Made by a program: the position numbers and the translations under genes. Below, piece by piece: positions 61,617 to 64,000 of a stretch of 64,000 nt of DNA. A model generated the notes under the pieces. The model saw only the letters and a list, made by a program, of their open reading frames with translations, was not told the DNA's origin and ran no database searches. The stretch's first letter is position 1; each line of letters opens with the position of its first letter. Source of the stretch: Candidatus Latescibacterota bacterium (GTDB lineage: Bacteria > Latescibacterota > UBA2968); contig OZ242195.1 in NCBI GenBank assembly GCA_965205975.1, forward strand, positions 1,120,001-1,184,000, read 5' to 3'.

Positions 61617-62759
61617 TCAGCCGACTATCTTTCCAATCAAATTTGGAATCCAATTGCCGATGTCGATAGGCAATGCAATCCCACACACAAAGGCCCAATT
61701 TGTGTGATCAATCAGAGGCGTACCGTAGAAAATTGGGCTTCCATCCCTGGGATCGAAGGTCGGGAATCCGTCGTAGTCCTCAGGTTCATTCAATTCCTTG
61801 AAGCGATCAAAATTCCACTTGATCGCTTTATAATAGTTGATGCTATCGCGGCTCGTGTTCTCGACTGATCGTTTTTCTAGTACCTTCTCATCTATGTCCG
61901 CCACTAACTCTTTCGCTGCTTCCTCGAATCCAGACCTTAATTTTTGCTCGGTACGCATCGAGACCCCCAAAAAAATTTCAGGAAACCGAGGGATACGGAA
62001 TGTAAAGCCACCAACGAAACCATCTATGATTTTCGAGCTATCGACTCCAAACTCTAAGGATAGCAATAAGTCCAAGGAATTAAAGCAATTCAGCAGGAAG
62101 CCAGTATTTAGAGAGGGCTGGAAATAGCCATCATATTTGATTAACACTGCATCATTCTCCACCTTAAAGTCCTTCCCCCTGAATCTCCAACTCCCGCCCA
62201 CCCCAAGAACGGGACGAATAATGGGATCATTTGAGGCGACTGGGCCGGGAGCCATACCTTCGATGTTTTTAGGGCTTGCTTCGATAGTCCAGGCGATTTC
62301 ACCATTCTTTGTCGCATTCTTCGGAGCTATGACTTCGAAGTTAAACTTTTTGTCTGCATTGTCAGTTGGTAGGAATTTGATCTGAAGTTGTAGGGTCCCA
62401 TCTTTTAATCGCTTCTGTCGTAGTGAGTATTCTATTTTGGGTGTTACGCTTTTTTTCTCTGTCAGCGAGTCTTTCTCCGTTGAGATCACAATCCTCTCTG
62501 TCAGTGAGTCTTTCTCCGTTGAGGTCACGATCCTTTTTTCCAGTGAGTATTCCGTTGTCCGTGGTGCTTGCTTGACGTATGCGGATCTGGGGATCTTAAG
62601 CTCAACGACCAATGAATTGTCCATTTGTGGGCATATCACTGAATAGGTCCATACGTTTTGTTCATCTCGTACGTTGAAACCCATAAACTCAAGGTTCTGA
62701 GCGTTGGCAGAAGCTACAGTAGCAATCATCAGTGTGAATAGAAAAATTGATCTGGTCAA
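61617..62759 (-). CDS. secreted hypothetical protein
   Basis: 380-aa ORF with signal peptide and RBS; internal 13-aa duplication. Confidence 0.75.
   Translation of the reverse strand: MTRSIFLFTLMIATVASANAQNLEFMGFNVRDEQNVWTYSVICPQMDNSLVVELKIPRSAYVKQAPRTTEYSLEKRIVTSTEKDSLTERIVISTEKDSLTEKKSVTPKIEYSLRQKRLKDGTLQLQIKFLPTDNADKKFNFEVIAPKNATKNGEIAWTIEASPKNIEGMAPGPVASNDPIIRPVLGVGGSWRFRGKDFKVENDAVLIKYDGYFQPSLNTGFLLNCFNSLDLLLSLEFGVDSSKIIDGFVGGFTFRIPRFPEIFLGVSMRTEQKLRSGFEEAAKELVADIDEKVLEKRSVENTSRDSINYYKAIKWNFDRFKELNEPEDYDGFPTFDPRDGSPIFYGTPLIDHTNWAFVCGIALPIDIGNWIPNLIGKIVG
62456..62533. repeat. 39-bp tandem duplication (2 copies)
   Basis: TCTCTGTCAG(C/T)GAGTCTTTCTCCGTTGAG(A/G)TCAC(A/G)ATCC twice. Confidence 0.9.
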
Positions 62760-62795
62760 GCCTCTCTCCTTTTCTAAAAAATAAAAACGCAGAAG

Positions 62796-64000
62796 TTAAA
62801 ATCGCCGGACAACTCGAAAACCGTTGTAGTTGTCCCGGAAATCGGTGGAACTCCAGCTGCGAGACGCAAAACGCAAGTACCTCGGTTCGTAGCCCCACGA
62901 ACCACCACGCCTAACGCGCTTACCGCAGTCCCCAGACTCCCACGAAGAACCATCTACTGGGATGCCAACATAGCTATCATTCCAACAGTCCTGAACCCTC
63001 TCCCATACATTCCCGTGCATATCGTAAACGCCCCAACCATTCGCACGGAAACTTCCCACTGATACGGTCTTCCCTCTATCCACACCTTTACGACCCCCGC
63101 CGTAGATATAATCCCCATTGTAATTCGCCTGATCAGTCGATATTGTTGACCCAAAATAAAAGGGCGTATCCGTTCCCGCTCGTGCCACATACTCCCATTC
63201 TGACTCGCTCAGTAAGCTATACCGGTGACCCGTCTTTTCAGATAACCAACGCACATAAGACTGCGCATCCTTCCAACTCACACACACCACAGGGTGGCTA
63301 TCCGTCTGAGTATAATCAGGATTACGCCAACTTAGCCCGCTCTGAGCCTCCCATTTTTCGGAGGAACTATTCCAAACATGACAATTTCCCGCGTTGTACC
63401 CCGTATCTGAAACAAATTTGGAAAACTCTCTTCGCGTCACCTCATACACACCCACGGCCAGAGGATAACCTATATTCACGCGATGACGAGGCCCCTCATT
63501 GTCTTGACGGCCCTCCTCGCTACCGGGAGAACCCATCATGAACGATCCCGACGGCACCACCACCATCTCTGGACAGTCCGCACAGTCCTTGAATCGCCTC
63601 CCTACGCGCTGCTCTGTCGCTGACAAACGATCTGTTAGGGCCGACAACAAAGACCCAGGCGCATTCACCACACGCAGCGAATCCACATACCTATCTGCCA
63701 TAGCGACATTATTGCGGTTCATCGCTTCCTCAAACTTTCCCTCATATCTCGCAATCTTTGACTGACGAAGACGCTCTGCCTCCGCTGCTGCCTGACGATG
63801 TCGTGCTGCTTCCGCCTCTCGACGCTGACGATCGGCCTCTTGCGCCACAGACAAACGATCTGCCAGTTCCGACAACATCGGTGCATCCGCATAGACACTC
63901 TGGATACGAGACACATACCCTTCGGCCTCGGCAAAATCCTTACTACGCAACGATGCTTCAAATTTCGATACGTAACGATCAATTATACGATCCAGACCCG
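62796..64000 (-). CDS. FGE-sulfatase (CLec-fold) domain protein, 5' end outside the window
   Basis: Frame open to the window edge; FKDCADCPEMVVVPSGSFMMGS, PVVCVSW, SESEWEYVAR, RGGSW, GFRVVR. Confidence 0.92.
   Translation of the reverse strand, partial: GLDRIIDRYVSKFEASLRSKDFAEAEGYVSRIQSVYADAPMLSELADRLSVAQEADRQRREAEAARHRQAAAEAERLRQSKIARYEGKFEEAMNRNNVAMADRYVDSLRVVNAPGSLLSALTDRLSATEQRVGRRFKDCADCPEMVVVPSGSFMMGSPGSEEGRQDNEGPRHRVNIGYPLAVGVYEVTRREFSKFVSDTGYNAGNCHVWNSSSEKWEAQSGLSWRNPDYTQTDSHPVVCVSWKDAQSYVRWLSEKTGHRYSLLSESEWEYVARAGTDTPFYFGSTISTDQANYNGDYIYGGGRKGVDRGKTVSVGSFRANGWGVYDMHGNVWERVQDCWNDSYVGIPVDGSSWESGDCGKRVRRGGSWGYEPRYLRFASRSWSSTDFRDNYNGFRVVRRF

Noticed and set aside
60488..64000. FGE genes as sulfatase-maturation enzymes, or a complete DGR
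   Set aside because: Catalytic Cys motif not seen; no reverse transcriptase, avd or template repeat in the window

Overview
Bacterial DNA of moderate GC with a catabolic gene content typical of marine or sponge-associated lineages such as Latescibacterota or Poribacteria (inferred from gene content only). It has four parts. (1) 1-39.5 kb is an accessory region with Cys-type sulfatases, four PhyH-like dioxygenases, enolase-superfamily enzymes, GH2, GH3, GH116 and GH82-like glycosidases and a multicopper oxidase. It also holds two IS200/IS605-family elements: a tnpB-only IS at 1155-2639 and an ORF-less 431-bp element at 27553-27983. (2) 39.7-49.4 kb is an intact housekeeping block (radC, DUF62, HAD, HAD-YvcK fusion, comF, pfk-gap-pgk-tpiA-secG, tRNA-Leu). 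(3) 49.5-55.6 kb holds more catabolic genes. (4) 55.6-64 kb is a variable region with an AAA/PD-(D/E)xK gene bracketed by a 37-bp direct repeat, an ABC-ATPase plus TOPRIM-like pair, a protease remnant and two FGE/CLec-domain proteins. The most notable observations are: the ORF-less IS605-type element with rule-consistent ends and a promoter ahead of a structured RNA fused to an omegaRNA-like scaffold; repeated large internal gene deletions confined to accessory genes; the repeat-flanked cassette; a DGR-like codon signature in an FGE gene; and unusual domain fusions. All calls come from reading motifs by eye; no searches or folding programs were run.
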